Shown in pieces: positions 7,134 to 15,986 of a stretch of DNA of 24,189 nt (position 1 is the first letter of the stretch; the number at the start of each line of letters is the position of its first letter). Origin of the DNA: Candidatus Thorarchaeota archaeon SMTZ1-45. GTDB taxonomy: Archaea > Asgardarchaeota > Thorarchaeia > Thorarchaeales > Thorarchaeaceae. The position numbers and the translations under genes were made by a program. The notes under the pieces were generated by a model that saw only the letters and a list, made by a program, of their open reading frames with translations, had not been told where the DNA came from and did no database searches. The DNA is taken from the NCBI GenBank assembly GCA_001563335.1, contig LRSL01000020.1, positions 1-24,189 of the forward strand, given 5' to 3'.

Positions 7134-8252
7134 ATGAGTAGTAATGATCCATTGGAACTTATTGATCAATACCTTGACCGTGTTAGGTTGTATCTTCCTC
7201 TTGACAGTGAGGATGCAATCGTCGAACTTCAGACTCACTTGATTGAGGAGGCTGAGCGAATCGGCGGAGGCATAATGACTGCTGGCTCTGCCATGATGGC
7301 CATTGAGAGAATGGGTGATCCAAAGAGTGTCGCACATGAGTATGCTGGTTCTGGGAAGAAAGTTGGACCTGTACCAGCTGAATATGTGAACCCATTAAGT
7401 CGAATGCTTATAGTACTAGCTGGAGTTGCACTAGCTCTCATCGTTGGTTTTACAATGATTGGGGCTTCTTTAACTGAGTTGTTTGGAGCAGAAATCCAGA
7501 ACTGGCCTTTCAGCATTCCAGTCATGCTGATCATCAATGTGACTATCCTTCTGATAATAATTGGTGGAATATCTCTGCTTGATCGAAGCAAGCCACTGAC
7601 CGAGAAGACAACACTTGAAACCATATTTGGAATTGGTGTTGGAGGATTCAAGCCCAAGACGAAATGGGGGGCTGCTGGCGATTTCATCATGGGTCTGATT
7701 TGGGGCGTCATTCTGATGTTACCAGTTGTTACAGTACTCTACACTGCAGCATTCCAAGCTGTCTACCTTTACGTAGTAGTGTTTCTATTACTTGGTGCTG
7801 TCAGAGGTGCCCTCTTCTATATTTGGGGTGAGAACAATCTTAATCTGGCATTTGAGGCCATCCTCAGCGTGGTCTGGATTGGTCTGGCAGTAGTACTAGT
7901 CAACGTGGGTTGGCCAATTCAATATGTCTACGTCAATGAGGGTGGTTCTTGGAGTCTATTCAATCTTGTTGAATTCTTCCAGACCAACAATATACCGTTC
8001 ATTCCCTTTGACTGGATATGGGCTTTCATCATGTTCATAACAGTTGCAATATCTGTCTGGAGAATCATTGTTTCCAGCATGAAGATCACCATGCATCTTC
8101 GCGCTGGAAGAGGCATCTGGTGGCAAGGCAATTGGGGCGAGAAACGTCGCTTGAGGAAGCCTTTCTGGAAGAGAGTCTTGGGAGACCAGGATGCAGTCCA
8201 GAGTGGTACAACATATCACGATGGTTACATAGAACCTGAAGAGTCGCAATAG
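7134..8252 (+). CDS. Multi-pass membrane protein with N-terminal HAAS-like domain, partner of PadR
   Basis: IDQYLDRV...L...EL..HL.E......AIERMGDP..VA.EY N-terminus followed by about 6 hydrophobic segments; 2 nt after the padR stop. Confidence 0.85.
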   Translation: MSSNDPLELIDQYLDRVRLYLPLDSEDAIVELQTHLIEEAERIGGGIMTAGSAMMAIERMGDPKSVAHEYAGSGKKVGPVPAEYVNPLSRMLIVLAGVALALIVGFTMIGASLTELFGAEIQNWPFSIPVMLIINVTILLIIIGGISLLDRSKPLTEKTTLETIFGIGVGGFKPKTKWGAAGDFIMGLIWGVILMLPVVTVLYTAAFQAVYLYVVVFLLLGAVRGALFYIWGENNLNLAFEAILSVVWIGLAVVLVNVGWPIQYVYVNEGGSWSLFNLVEFFQTNNIPFIPFDWIWAFIMFITVAISVWRIIVSSMKITMHLRAGRGIWWQGNWGEKRRLRKPFWKRVLGDQDAVQSGTTYHDGYIEPEESQ

Positions 8253-8264
8253 ATAATCAATCCA

Positions 8265-8294
8265 TGGGGGTGCAATTCCCCCGCTTTTTTCTTT
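8265..8294 (+). terminator. Hairpin plus U-tract between convergent genes
   Basis: GGGGG-tgcaatt-CCCCC-gc-TTTTTT. Confidence 0.5.
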
Positions 8295-8307
8295 AGAATC
8301 AGTCAAC

Positions 8308-8508
8308 TTACTCCTCTTTTTGCTTCAACACACTCACGCCATAGAGAATGCAAAAGACAATGAAGAGTGTCCCAAGAAAAGCATAGTACCATGGGAAGAC
8401 GATGAACATAGCGATTACAAGTAACGCAAGAATGAATATAGCTAGTAGAACCATTACTAGGTCACTTTCTTCAATCCCTAGTGGAAGTATTCCCCATTCT
8501 ACACTCAT
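8308..8508 (-). CDS. Small two-TM membrane protein
   Basis: MSVEWGILPL...; two hydrophobic helices and a KQKEE tail. The ORF track extends it to 8538. Confidence 0.65.
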   Translation of the reverse strand: MSVEWGILPLGIEESDLVMVLLAIFILALLVIAMFIVFPWYYAFLGTLFIVFCILYGVSVLKQKEE

Positions 8509-8612
8509 ATTCAAACTCCTAGTTTTTGGACCCATCACAGTTTGATAAGAATAAACTGGTGATGGTATTCAATTATGCTGTTTAGCAAGAAACCTACTTG
8601 AAGCAGTAATAA

Positions 8613-8691
8613 TGGTGGGATGTGGTGGGTTTGAACCACCGATCTTCGCCATATAAGAGCAATGTCATTCACCAAGCTAGACCAACATCCC
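8613..8691 (-). tRNA. tRNA with anticodon TAT (Ile-UAU) on a Val-type body; possibly a pseudogene
   Basis: GGGATGT TG GTCT AGCTTGGTGAA TGAC A TTGCT CT TAT AT GGCGA AGATC GGTGG TTCAAAC CCACC ACATCCC A CCA; full cloverleaf with two G.U pairs in the anticodon stem. Confidence 0.75.
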
Positions 8692-8693
8692 AT

Positions 8694-8767
8694 TGGTAGG
8701 CCAGGAAGGACTGGAACCTTCGATCTTCGCCATATCAGAGAGATGTCATTCGCTAGACCACTGGCCT
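8694..8767 (-). tRNA. Degenerate tRNA with anticodon GAT (Ile) on a Val-type body; likely a pseudogene
   Basis: AGGCCAG TG GTCT AGCGAA TGAC A TCTCT CT GAT AT GGCGA AGATC GAAGG TTCCAGT CCTTC CTGGCCT A CCA; D-loop lacks G18G19, T.C mismatch in the anticodon stem, T-loop TTCCAGT. Confidence 0.65.
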
Positions 8768-8868
8768 TTCACTTAGTCAAAACAAGAAACCTGAATCGGA
8801 GTCATAACAATACTATGCATTTTATATGATTTCAATTGATGTCATCTAAATCATCAAACCAAATCTTG

Positions 8869-8943
8869 TGATTTAATATAAATCAGTGGTCAACCAGAGC
8901 TAGCCCAAATGGTCGCATAACAAATTTATTAACTATTGTTAAT
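8869..8943. promoter_or_regulatory. Inverted repeats upstream of the FTR1 gene, possible metal-repressor operators
   Basis: TGATTTA-ata-TAAATCA (8869-8885) and ATTAAC-tatt-GTTAAT (8928-8943), the latter overlapping TTTATTA. Confidence 0.4.
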
Positions 8944-8962
8944 GGATTCTATGTGACTAGCT

Positions 8963-9850
8963 ATGATAATCTCACCCACTATCATTTCACTTAGAGAAGG
9001 TATAGAAGCCGCCCTCATAATAGCAATAATGTTATCCTATCTTAGGAAGACCTACCAAACGGATCTACGAAGATACGTGGTAAGAGGCACGATTTTTGCA
9101 ATATTTACCAGTCTAGGTGCGGCTATTGTTGTTGGAGTACTCTGGGGGATATTCGAAGGACCACTTCTGAATGTCTTCGAAGGTTCTGTTGTCCTCATTG
9201 CAGCAATCCTTCTCACTACAATGATTGTGTGGATGTGGAATGCTGGTGCCAAGATTACTCAAGAAATTGAGGAATCCATGGAAAGGTCTGTCACTCAACA
9301 GAGTGGAATAGGTCTTGCACTTCTGAGTTTCTCACTTGTTTTGAGAGAAGGGGTAGAGCTCTCTCTCTTCAGTATGGCACTTGTAATTCAAGAAGGAATT
9401 CAAAGTTACATTGGAATTGTTCTTGGTCTATCACTTGCTGTGATATTGGGTATAGGTTTCTACATGGGCTCTCTCAGAATCAGTTTGAAGGTGCTCTTCA
9501 AATGGACTTCCATATTTCTTATCCTGTTTGCTGCTGGGATGATTGCATATGGTATTCACGAGCTACAGGAGGCTGGTTTGCTCCTGATTGGGCCGCTTGA
9601 GATCTGGAATATCAATCCACCACTCTTGCCTGGTGGTGAATATCCATTATTACATGAGAACGGTCTAATCGGTGGAATGGCAAAGGCATTGTTTGGATAC
9701 AATGGTAATCCATCCGCACTAGAAGTAGTTGGATATGTCGCCTACTTGGGTATAGCTATTACATACTTGTTGTTGAAACAGAAGGGACTGAGTTCAAAAT
9801 TAGCTGGGGCCAAGAAACAAGCCATGCCTATTGCTATGCATGAGCAGTAG
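8963..9850 (+). CDS. FTR1/EfeU-family iron permease
   Basis: Two RExxE motifs (LREGIEA, LREGVEL), about 7 TM segments, GIHELQEAG, ALFGY. Confidence 0.93.
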   Translation: MIISPTIISLREGIEAALIIAIMLSYLRKTYQTDLRRYVVRGTIFAIFTSLGAAIVVGVLWGIFEGPLLNVFEGSVVLIAAILLTTMIVWMWNAGAKITQEIEESMERSVTQQSGIGLALLSFSLVLREGVELSLFSMALVIQEGIQSYIGIVLGLSLAVILGIGFYMGSLRISLKVLFKWTSIFLILFAAGMIAYGIHELQEAGLLLIGPLEIWNINPPLLPGGEYPLLHENGLIGGMAKALFGYNGNPSALEVVGYVAYLGIAITYLLLKQKGLSSKLAGAKKQAMPIAMHEQ

Positions 9851-10309
9851 TCATGTATAATCTTTCATCAATCCCCACTCTTCCACCTTGCTTTCTTCCG
9901 GTTTTCGAGCAATGAAATAAACCTTAATTCTCGCTTGATCCAACTTGGACTTTTTTTCGAATAATTTTCGATCACCAAAACGAAATGTTTCCAAAACAAG
10001 ACCAAGCTCTCTTCGAAAGACAGACTCCCTGAAACTAGAGGAACCAAGACCTCGACCAACCTCACAATAGACATGTAGTGTTGGTCCTTCTGTGTCATTT
10101 TTCCACTCTGCTAAGACTTCATCTCGCATTAATCGAGTGTACCACCCGCGTATCTGTTTCCTATCATAATCTGGTCCAATTGTCAAGAAAAGATCTCCAG
10201 TCCGATCAGAATGAGTTAGTGTATAGGTGCGTGGATGAATTGGTACCTCCTCGGTCGTAGGAGGATTAAACCGTACATGGAGTTTCTTTGGATTCAATCG
10301 TCGCATCAA
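9851..10309 (-). CDS. Staygreen (SGR)-family protein, Mg-dechelatase homologue
   Basis: LNPKKLHV, PRTYTLTHSDRTGDLFLTIG, RDEVLAEW, LHVYC, F.REL..VL......D, V.F......EEWG signature. Confidence 0.88.
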   Translation of the reverse strand: MMRRLNPKKLHVRFNPPTTEEVPIHPRTYTLTHSDRTGDLFLTIGPDYDRKQIRGWYTRLMRDEVLAEWKNDTEGPTLHVYCEVGRGLGSSSFRESVFRRELGLVLETFRFGDRKLFEKKSKLDQARIKVYFIARKPEESKVEEWGLMKDYT

Positions 10310-10390
10310 TCAATCAGTTTAAACTGGTCAATACCAGATAATTAGTCTTGATGTTGAACTAAAATCTCAAATGAGAAAAAATTGTTGAAA

Positions 10391-10497
10391 TGGTGCCGCG
10401 GCGCGGATTTTTCGGCCACAAACTCGTAGTGAGTCTATGTGAACCGCGGACAACACGGTCTTCAGCCGTGCGATCTCCCTGGCTGATCTACCGCGGC
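10391..10497 (-). tRNA. tRNA-Phe(GAA) with a 30-nt non-canonical T-loop intron at 56/57 (10411-10440) and encoded CCA
   Basis: GCCGCGG TA GATC AGCCAGGGA GATC G CACGG CT GAA GA CCGTG TTGTC CGCGG TTC|intron|AAAT CCGCG CCGCGGC A CCA; TTTATAT about 34 nt upstream and a T-tract downstream. Confidence 0.92.
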
Positions 10498-10555
10498 AGT
10501 GCCATTAATCAGTTCTCCACTGGTTATGTGATATAAAGATAACGCCATGGTTAGA

Positions 10556-11038
10556 TTACGCTAGTTTTTCAACTGCCAACTTCACTTCATCAAATGGCGG
10601 TAGCGTGCCAGGATTATCACTCACCCAAGTGTACACAACTGTCTTGTCTACATCAATAACAAAGACAGCTCTCTTTGCAACTTCACTCATACCTGCAAGA
10701 TTGTCAAGAACAACATCATAGTCCCTAATTACGGTTTTATCCCAGTCAGAGAGAAGTGGAAATTGAATATCGTTTGCTTCCTTGAACGCCTTATGACTGA
10801 AGATTCCGTCCACAGAGATACCCAGAACATTGGCTCCCATGTCATTGTAGTCAGCTAGCACATCTCTAAACCTACAAAGTTCCTCTTGACATACTGACGA
10901 GAAATCTGCAGGATAGAACACAAGCACTACTGGTCCTTTCAGGAGCTCTTCATTCAAAGTGACAGTCTTTCCTGGAGCTTCCAAGAGCGCAAACTCTGGA
11001 GCTTCACTTCCTACTTCCAATCCTGACAAGAATTGCAC
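10556..11038 (-). CDS. Peroxiredoxin (BCP/AhpE-like, AhpC/TSA family)
   Basis: APEF.L, FYPADFSSVC..E, GISVD, FPLLSD, KRAVFVID. Confidence 0.92.
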   Translation of the reverse strand: MQFLSGLEVGSEAPEFALLEAPGKTVTLNEELLKGPVVLVFYPADFSSVCQEELCRFRDVLADYNDMGANVLGISVDGIFSHKAFKEANDIQFPLLSDWDKTVIRDYDVVLDNLAGMSEVAKRAVFVIDVDKTVVYTWVSDNPGTLPPFDEVKLAVEKLA

Positions 11039-11095
11039 CCTAAGTAGTACGCGCTTTGCATGACTATTAAGATTTGAGATGCTACCAAGCTAAAT

Positions 11096-11623
11096 TCACT
11101 TGATCTTGTAGTTCATATAGCTTGCAATGAAGGCAGTCGCAATCGCTGCTACGTTAACTCCAAGTATATAGACGAATAATGGGTCAAGAAACGCAACAGT
11201 CGCAATCCATGATGGAAGATTACCAGCATCTGCAAAACCGAATGGAATAAAATAGAACAAGAAAAAGACACAGGTCAAGAGACCTACACCAACAAATGCA
11301 GGCATGTCTGTTTTAGACCGAGCGAATGCAGAGAGCCTACCAATCCAGTTTGTTTTGCCTCGTTGACGTCTGCGTGTTTTTCTCTTTGCTATGATGTGCG
11401 CCCAGCGATACATGGCTTCAGCCATGAGCATATATGAACCACCAAGAACCACCATGACGCCGATGGAAACCAAAATCTGAAGCTCCGCACTTAGAACATT
11501 CACGTAAACCTGTGCATGCCAAATGATTGGTATCTGAACAAAACCCGCAATTCCTAGAAACATCAAGATTAGTCCGGGTTTGCTACCGCGTCTCCACCAT
11601 ACTGCAAGGCTCATCATTTTCAC
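11096..11623 (-). CDS. Hypothetical four-TM membrane protein
   Basis: Four hydrophobic segments with a basic central loop (KRKTRRRQRGK). Confidence 0.75.
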   Translation of the reverse strand: MKMMSLAVWWRRGSKPGLILMFLGIAGFVQIPIIWHAQVYVNVLSAELQILVSIGVMVVLGGSYMLMAEAMYRWAHIIAKRKTRRRQRGKTNWIGRLSAFARSKTDMPAFVGVGLLTCVFFLFYFIPFGFADAGNLPSWIATVAFLDPLFVYILGVNVAAIATAFIASYMNYKIK

Positions 11624-11682
11624 CCAGCTTGTGACTGTCCGCTCAGATTTGAGTCTGTACTTTAAGGTTTTGGATTAAATAG

Positions 11683-12255
11683 CTACGACTTCTGTGATTC
11701 AACTTTGAACCACTCGCCATGGTCTTCACACTGGTGTAGATCAAATCCCACTTCTGAAACAATCTCCAAAATTCTTGGAAGAGTCTGGTTCTGTCCTCCT
11801 CTCAGACCATACCCAGTCTTGGATAGTGTTCCATCAGGGAAAGTAAAAGTAACCCAGAAAATTAGACTATCCCCAATTTCTGGAATGCGACTAGCCAGTA
11901 TTGATAGTTTACCATTCCTCTTGAGAACCCGATATGCCTCTTCAAGGACTGTACGTTTTGTGTTCCAGTCACTCATAAAACCCAGTGAGAACCATAAGGT
12001 CACAGTATCGAAAACTGAGTCCTTGAAACAAAGATGTCCACCATCTGCGACGAACCAATTTGATGAATTACCGTGAATCTGAGCCTCTTTAATCTCACTC
12101 ATTCTGATATCTAGAGCACAGACCCTCTCTCCCTCAATCCTAGACACAAGACCCTCTCCGCCACCCCCAATGTCTAAAATTAGACCTTCAGTGGTCACCC
12201 TTTCAAGTTTGATTTTTTGAGGAGGAGTCTCGATATGAGTTTGAGATTCCGACAT
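11683..12255 (-). CDS. Class I SAM-dependent methyltransferase
   Basis: ILDIGGGGEG motif I, ALD, FKDSVFDTV, EAYRVLK..G. Confidence 0.88.
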   Translation of the reverse strand: MSESQTHIETPPQKIKLERVTTEGLILDIGGGGEGLVSRIEGERVCALDIRMSEIKEAQIHGNSSNWFVADGGHLCFKDSVFDTVTLWFSLGFMSDWNTKRTVLEEAYRVLKRNGKLSILASRIPEIGDSLIFWVTFTFPDGTLSKTGYGLRGGQNQTLPRILEIVSEVGFDLHQCEDHGEWFKVESQKS

Positions 12256-12258
12256 GGT

Positions 12259-12888
12259 TTATTCCCCATCGACATCCTCTATAAAATCAGCCAAATCCTC
12301 GAGAATCTGATCAAAATTAGGTATATGCTCAAGTGCGTGTTGATGGGCTTCTTCGGCATCTCTGCTTCGTCCCTCCTCCTCATAAAAATTGATCAAATTC
12401 AACCATCCAACAAAGTGCTCTGGTCTAATCTCTATAGCCCTCTTCAATGCCTGTTCGGCTTCGTCAGTCCTTCCAAGATTAGAAAGGATGACACCTAGAT
12501 TACACCATGTATCAGAGTCCTCTGGATTTATCTCAGATGCCCTCCTGAATGCAACCTCTGCCTCCTCAAGTCGATCCGTGGCATTATAGACACACCCAAG
12601 ATTATACCACACATCTGACTCATCATTGTTATGCTCTAATGCTCCCTTGAGTGCCTGCTCCGCATCATCAAAGCGATTCTGGACAAATAATACAGCCCCC
12701 AAATCTCGCCATGCATCCACAAAAACGGGATTCAGGTCCAAAGCTGTTTGGAATGCAACCTCAGCCGCTTTCAAGTCCCCCTCATCATAATGAATTCCTC
12801 CAAGTTCATACCAGCTCTCTGGGTCTTTTGTATCCCTTTTCCTCTCTTGAAGTTCTTTACCTAGGGTTTCTCGGATTGAATCATTCAT
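12259..12888 (-). CDS. Tetratricopeptide repeat protein (about 5 TPRs)
   Basis: 34-aa periodic W..LG......A...F..A....P units. Confidence 0.92.
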   Translation of the reverse strand: MNDSIRETLGKELQERKRDTKDPESWYELGGIHYDEGDLKAAEVAFQTALDLNPVFVDAWRDLGAVLFVQNRFDDAEQALKGALEHNNDESDVWYNLGCVYNATDRLEEAEVAFRRASEINPEDSDTWCNLGVILSNLGRTDEAEQALKRAIEIRPEHFVGWLNLINFYEEEGRSRDAEEAHQHALEHIPNFDQILEDLADFIEDVDGE

Positions 12889-13025
12889 GTCTATTTCTCG
12901 CGTTGTGTCATCTAATATATCCTTGATTGTGTATCCCTCTTATCAAAAGTCTGAAAAAATGACCGAAAATAAGGAATATTACGTCGTTTCACAGACATGC
13001 ATAATGAGTAAAGGGCTTGAAAACA

Positions 13026-13655
13026 ATGGATCTCACAGATGTCACAAACATGATAATCGAGCTTGATATCGATAACGTAGCTAGTGCTGTTCAAGAGCAG
13101 ATTGATGCTGGCGCGAAACCACAGGATCTCCTGAAGGCACTCACAATAGGAATGGAAGAGGTGGGAAGAAGATACGAGAACGATGAGTACTTCCTTGCCG
13201 AGCTCGTTCTAGCTGGAGATACGATGAAAACAGCCTTTGAGATTCTCAAGCCACACTTAAAGTCTGATGCTGCTATTGATAAGTCGCCTATTGTTGCTGC
13301 TACTGTGAAAGGCGACAACCATGACATTGGTAAGAATATCCTAATCTCCATGCTTGTTTCTGCAGGTTTAGAAGTGGTTGACCTGGGCACGGATTGTCCC
13401 CCTGAGAAAATCGTTGAGGCTGTGAGGGAAACTAATGCGAAAGTTGTTGCACTCAGTGCTTTACTTACAATGACCATGAGAGAGATAGCTACAGTTGAAA
13501 AAGCACTCCGAGAAGCTGGTCTTCGGGATAGTGTGAAGATAATTGTGGGGGGTGCTCCACTCTCTATGGAACTTGCTAAGGAATTAGGGGCGGATGATTA
13601 TAGCCCAGATGCAATTGACGGAGTGAAACGGATTAAGGTTCTATTAGAGAAATAA
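13026..13655 (+). CDS. Corrinoid (B12-binding) methyltransferase protein
   Basis: N-terminal cap GMEEVG.RY...EYFLAEL, base-off motif GDNHDIGKN, DLG.D.PPE, SALLT.TM, VGGAP. The ORF track starts at TTG 13017. Confidence 0.93.
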   Translation: MDLTDVTNMIIELDIDNVASAVQEQIDAGAKPQDLLKALTIGMEEVGRRYENDEYFLAELVLAGDTMKTAFEILKPHLKSDAAIDKSPIVAATVKGDNHDIGKNILISMLVSAGLEVVDLGTDCPPEKIVEAVRETNAKVVALSALLTMTMREIATVEKALREAGLRDSVKIIVGGAPLSMELAKELGADDYSPDAIDGVKRIKVLLEK

Positions 13656-13792
13656 CATCTCCACAGTACCTGGATCATCTTCAGTCTTACCTGCAAAACA
13701 CACTTTGGCACATATGCACAATGCCTAAGACCACAAGTTGCTTTGGAATTACCACTGTGTGTCACATTATCGCTATCAGGGTGTGAGTACTT

Positions 13793-13999
13793 TTGGAAGA
13801 AGATGAGCCTGATCTCGAAACAGCGTTCAAGGTAGTAGCAATAATGCAGACGATAGCAGAAGACCTTGACGAGTCTGGAAAGAGAGCATGGCGTAAGATG
13901 CTCGGTATATCAACAAACAAATCTCCAGATGCTCACATCAAGAAAAAACAAAATCAATTCAAATCTGTTAAGAAATCAAGAAACACAAAAGGATCTTGA
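13793..13999 (+). CDS. Small hypothetical protein
   Basis: 68-aa ORF with TTG start; plausible N-terminal half and low-complexity basic tail; may be a remnant. Confidence 0.4.
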   Translation: MEEDEPDLETAFKVVAIMQTIAEDLDESGKRAWRKMLGISTNKSPDAHIKKKQNQFKSVKKSRNTKGS

Positions 14000-14034
14000 T
14001 TGAAGTCAATCTCCAAAAGATAATCGAGGACTAT

Positions 14035-15015
14035 ATGAATATGACTCAAGTAGGTGTCCCATTACCACTAGATAACAGCACATCGATTATTGACATAGGG
14101 TTCTTTGATGCTGCCGGTATCTTGTCAATCTATGTCATTAAAGGAGAACGTACATGCATTATTGACTCAGGAACTGATTCAGAGTTTCAGATGTTGTTTA
14201 ATGGGCTGAAAGAAGCAGATGCATATCCTCCTGACATTGTTGCTCTTACTCACTCTCACTATGACCATAGTCAAGGGGTACCAAAGCTAAGAGAACTGGC
14301 TGGAAAAGAGGGGCAGGAGATTGAAGTAGTAGCATCTCAAGTTGCAATCTCGTTGTTGGCAGATCAGTCCTATAACAGTGTGTTCAATGAAGAAGGGAAA
14401 TTTGTAGACATTACTGATGTAACACCTCTCAAAGAGGGCGATATAATTGATCTCGGTGGAGAAACACTCAAGGTATTTGCTACACCTGGACATTCCCAAG
14501 ATCAAATCTCATTTCTACACCAAGAGACTGGAAGGTTGTATGTTGGCGACTCATTAGGCATCTATTTGGGAGAAAACAGCTATGTCCCACCTTTCATGCC
14601 TCCAAGCTGGAACTTTGAGGCTTTTCAATCAACAATAAGTAAGTTGAAACAGATTGAATTCAAACAGATTTGTTTCGCCCACTTTGGATGCCTACCAGAG
14701 GAGAAATCTAAAGAGTTTCTCGATTTTGTGTTAGAACAGACCAAACTTTGGTGGAGTATTTTTGAGAAAGCAGATAATTCAGGAAGAGCCACTGACTATG
14801 ACCACCTCACCGAGAGAATCTTGGATGAATCAGGACTCACACTACCACATATTGAACTCTTGAGCGCGAAACTCAGGATTGGATTGAAGATTTTGAATGG
14901 TGTTAAAAAGATTAGAAGGAAACCGCCCCTTCTTGCTGCCCAAGTACTGATGCGCAACTATGTGATCCCTTGGTTGTCTAGGGGATACAAAATCTATAAG
15001 GAACACAAAATGTGA
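14035..15015 (+). CDS. MBL-fold metallo-hydrolase
   Basis: IIDSG, THSHYDHSQG (HxHxDH), TPGHS, VGD, FAHFG; GAGGA precedes ATG 14035 (ORF track start 13996). Confidence 0.9.
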   Translation: MNMTQVGVPLPLDNSTSIIDIGFFDAAGILSIYVIKGERTCIIDSGTDSEFQMLFNGLKEADAYPPDIVALTHSHYDHSQGVPKLRELAGKEGQEIEVVASQVAISLLADQSYNSVFNEEGKFVDITDVTPLKEGDIIDLGGETLKVFATPGHSQDQISFLHQETGRLYVGDSLGIYLGENSYVPPFMPPSWNFEAFQSTISKLKQIEFKQICFAHFGCLPEEKSKEFLDFVLEQTKLWWSIFEKADNSGRATDYDHLTERILDESGLTLPHIELLSAKLRIGLKILNGVKKIRRKPPLLAAQVLMRNYVIPWLSRGYKIYKEHKM

Positions 15016-15022
15016 AAAGTAT

Positions 15023-15045
15023 CTGTGAATGAAGTGAGATTTCAT
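15023..15045 (-). repeat. Weak tRNA 3'-end remnant (or a terminator hairpin)
   Basis: Reverse complement ATGAAAT CTCAC TTCATTC A CAG; shares AAGTGAGATTT with the 20873 remnant and GTGAATGAA with the 15816 remnant. Confidence 0.3.
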
Positions 15046-15099
15046 CTTTTTTGAACGATTTGTTTAAATCATCTCACGCTGTTGTGGACACGTAATCAA

Positions 15100-15783
15100 A
15101 TGGTAGGAAGTGAGAAAATCAATAGTTCATTGACATTAAGGAGAGAAGTGTTGGTTTTAGTTATCTCTGCTATTGTGATTTCTAGTGTAATCATTGTTGA
15201 CATTAGTCTTGCAGGACACGAATACAAGGTTTCTGAACCAACATTCACTCACAGATTTCCTGAAACAATCTATTTCTACAATATCAGCGAGGGAGTGAAC
15301 TTCAATGAATTCAGTTTCATAGTTGAACTCCCAGTAAATCACTCCGGTCATCATCACCTCATACCAAGGGAGATCTCTCTTCTCTTTTGGTTCAGAGATA
15401 ATGACTCTGGTGTGGATCTATCAACCTTCATTTATGCAATACAGGATGGTCCTCGAAACAGCACTTTCAGTTTCTATCTTCATGATTTTGACATGGTGAA
15501 CAAGTATGAAAATGGCTGGTGGTCTCCAACCCTGCTCACTTTCATTCTCAATGAAAACCCTGATGTGGATTCCGTTAGTTTTGGACTCTATCTAGAGTTA
15601 CTTCTAGCGAACATCAATGGGGATGACTTTGATGGTCATGAACTGAATGCTCAGCTTGAGATGAACGTGACATACTCCCGCTGGTGGTTTGGACTACCAG
15701 TTAATCGAGTCCATCAGACAATCAGCTTCGTCTTCAATCTTCCAGACGATGGAGTAGCAGACGTCCAATCCTTGGAATACTGA
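15100..15783 (+). CDS. Hypothetical membrane-anchored or secreted protein
   Basis: N-terminal hydrophobic helix followed by an aromatic/Asn-rich domain with several N-x-S/T sites; ORF track start 15082. Confidence 0.75.
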   Translation: MVGSEKINSSLTLRREVLVLVISAIVISSVIIVDISLAGHEYKVSEPTFTHRFPETIYFYNISEGVNFNEFSFIVELPVNHSGHHHLIPREISLLFWFRDNDSGVDLSTFIYAIQDGPRNSTFSFYLHDFDMVNKYENGWWSPTLLTFILNENPDVDSVSFGLYLELLLANINGDDFDGHELNAQLEMNVTYSRWWFGLPVNRVHQTISFVFNLPDDGVADVQSLEY

Positions 15784-15815
15784 TCACCCTAGAATAGTAA
15801 TTGTATGCAGATTAT

Positions 15816-15838
15816 TGGTGAATGAATTAAGAGTTGAA
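15816..15838 (-). repeat. Weak tRNA 3'-end remnant
   Basis: Reverse complement TTCAACT CTTAA TTCATTC A CCA: T-loop-to-CCA spacing is exact but the T-stem does not pair. Confidence 0.3.
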
Positions 15839-15986
15839 TGATCTGCGAACGAAGGCAGAGAAGTACAGATAATGCGTTAAATAAACGATTTATATATTGG
15901 ACATCCTATATATTAATATCCGATGCCCAGATGATTCGCATGATCTCACATAGAATCTCACTTCAAGGCTACAGAGGTCATGAACT

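Noticed and set aside
10556-11038. Possible selenocysteine or pyrrolysine recoding in the peroxiredoxin or other genes
   Set aside because: The active site is Cys-encoded, and no gene in the window appeared interrupted by an in-frame TGA/TAG with continuing homology.
12259-12888. DNA-level periodicity in the 12.3-12.9 kb region
   Set aside because: Explained by TPR protein repeats.
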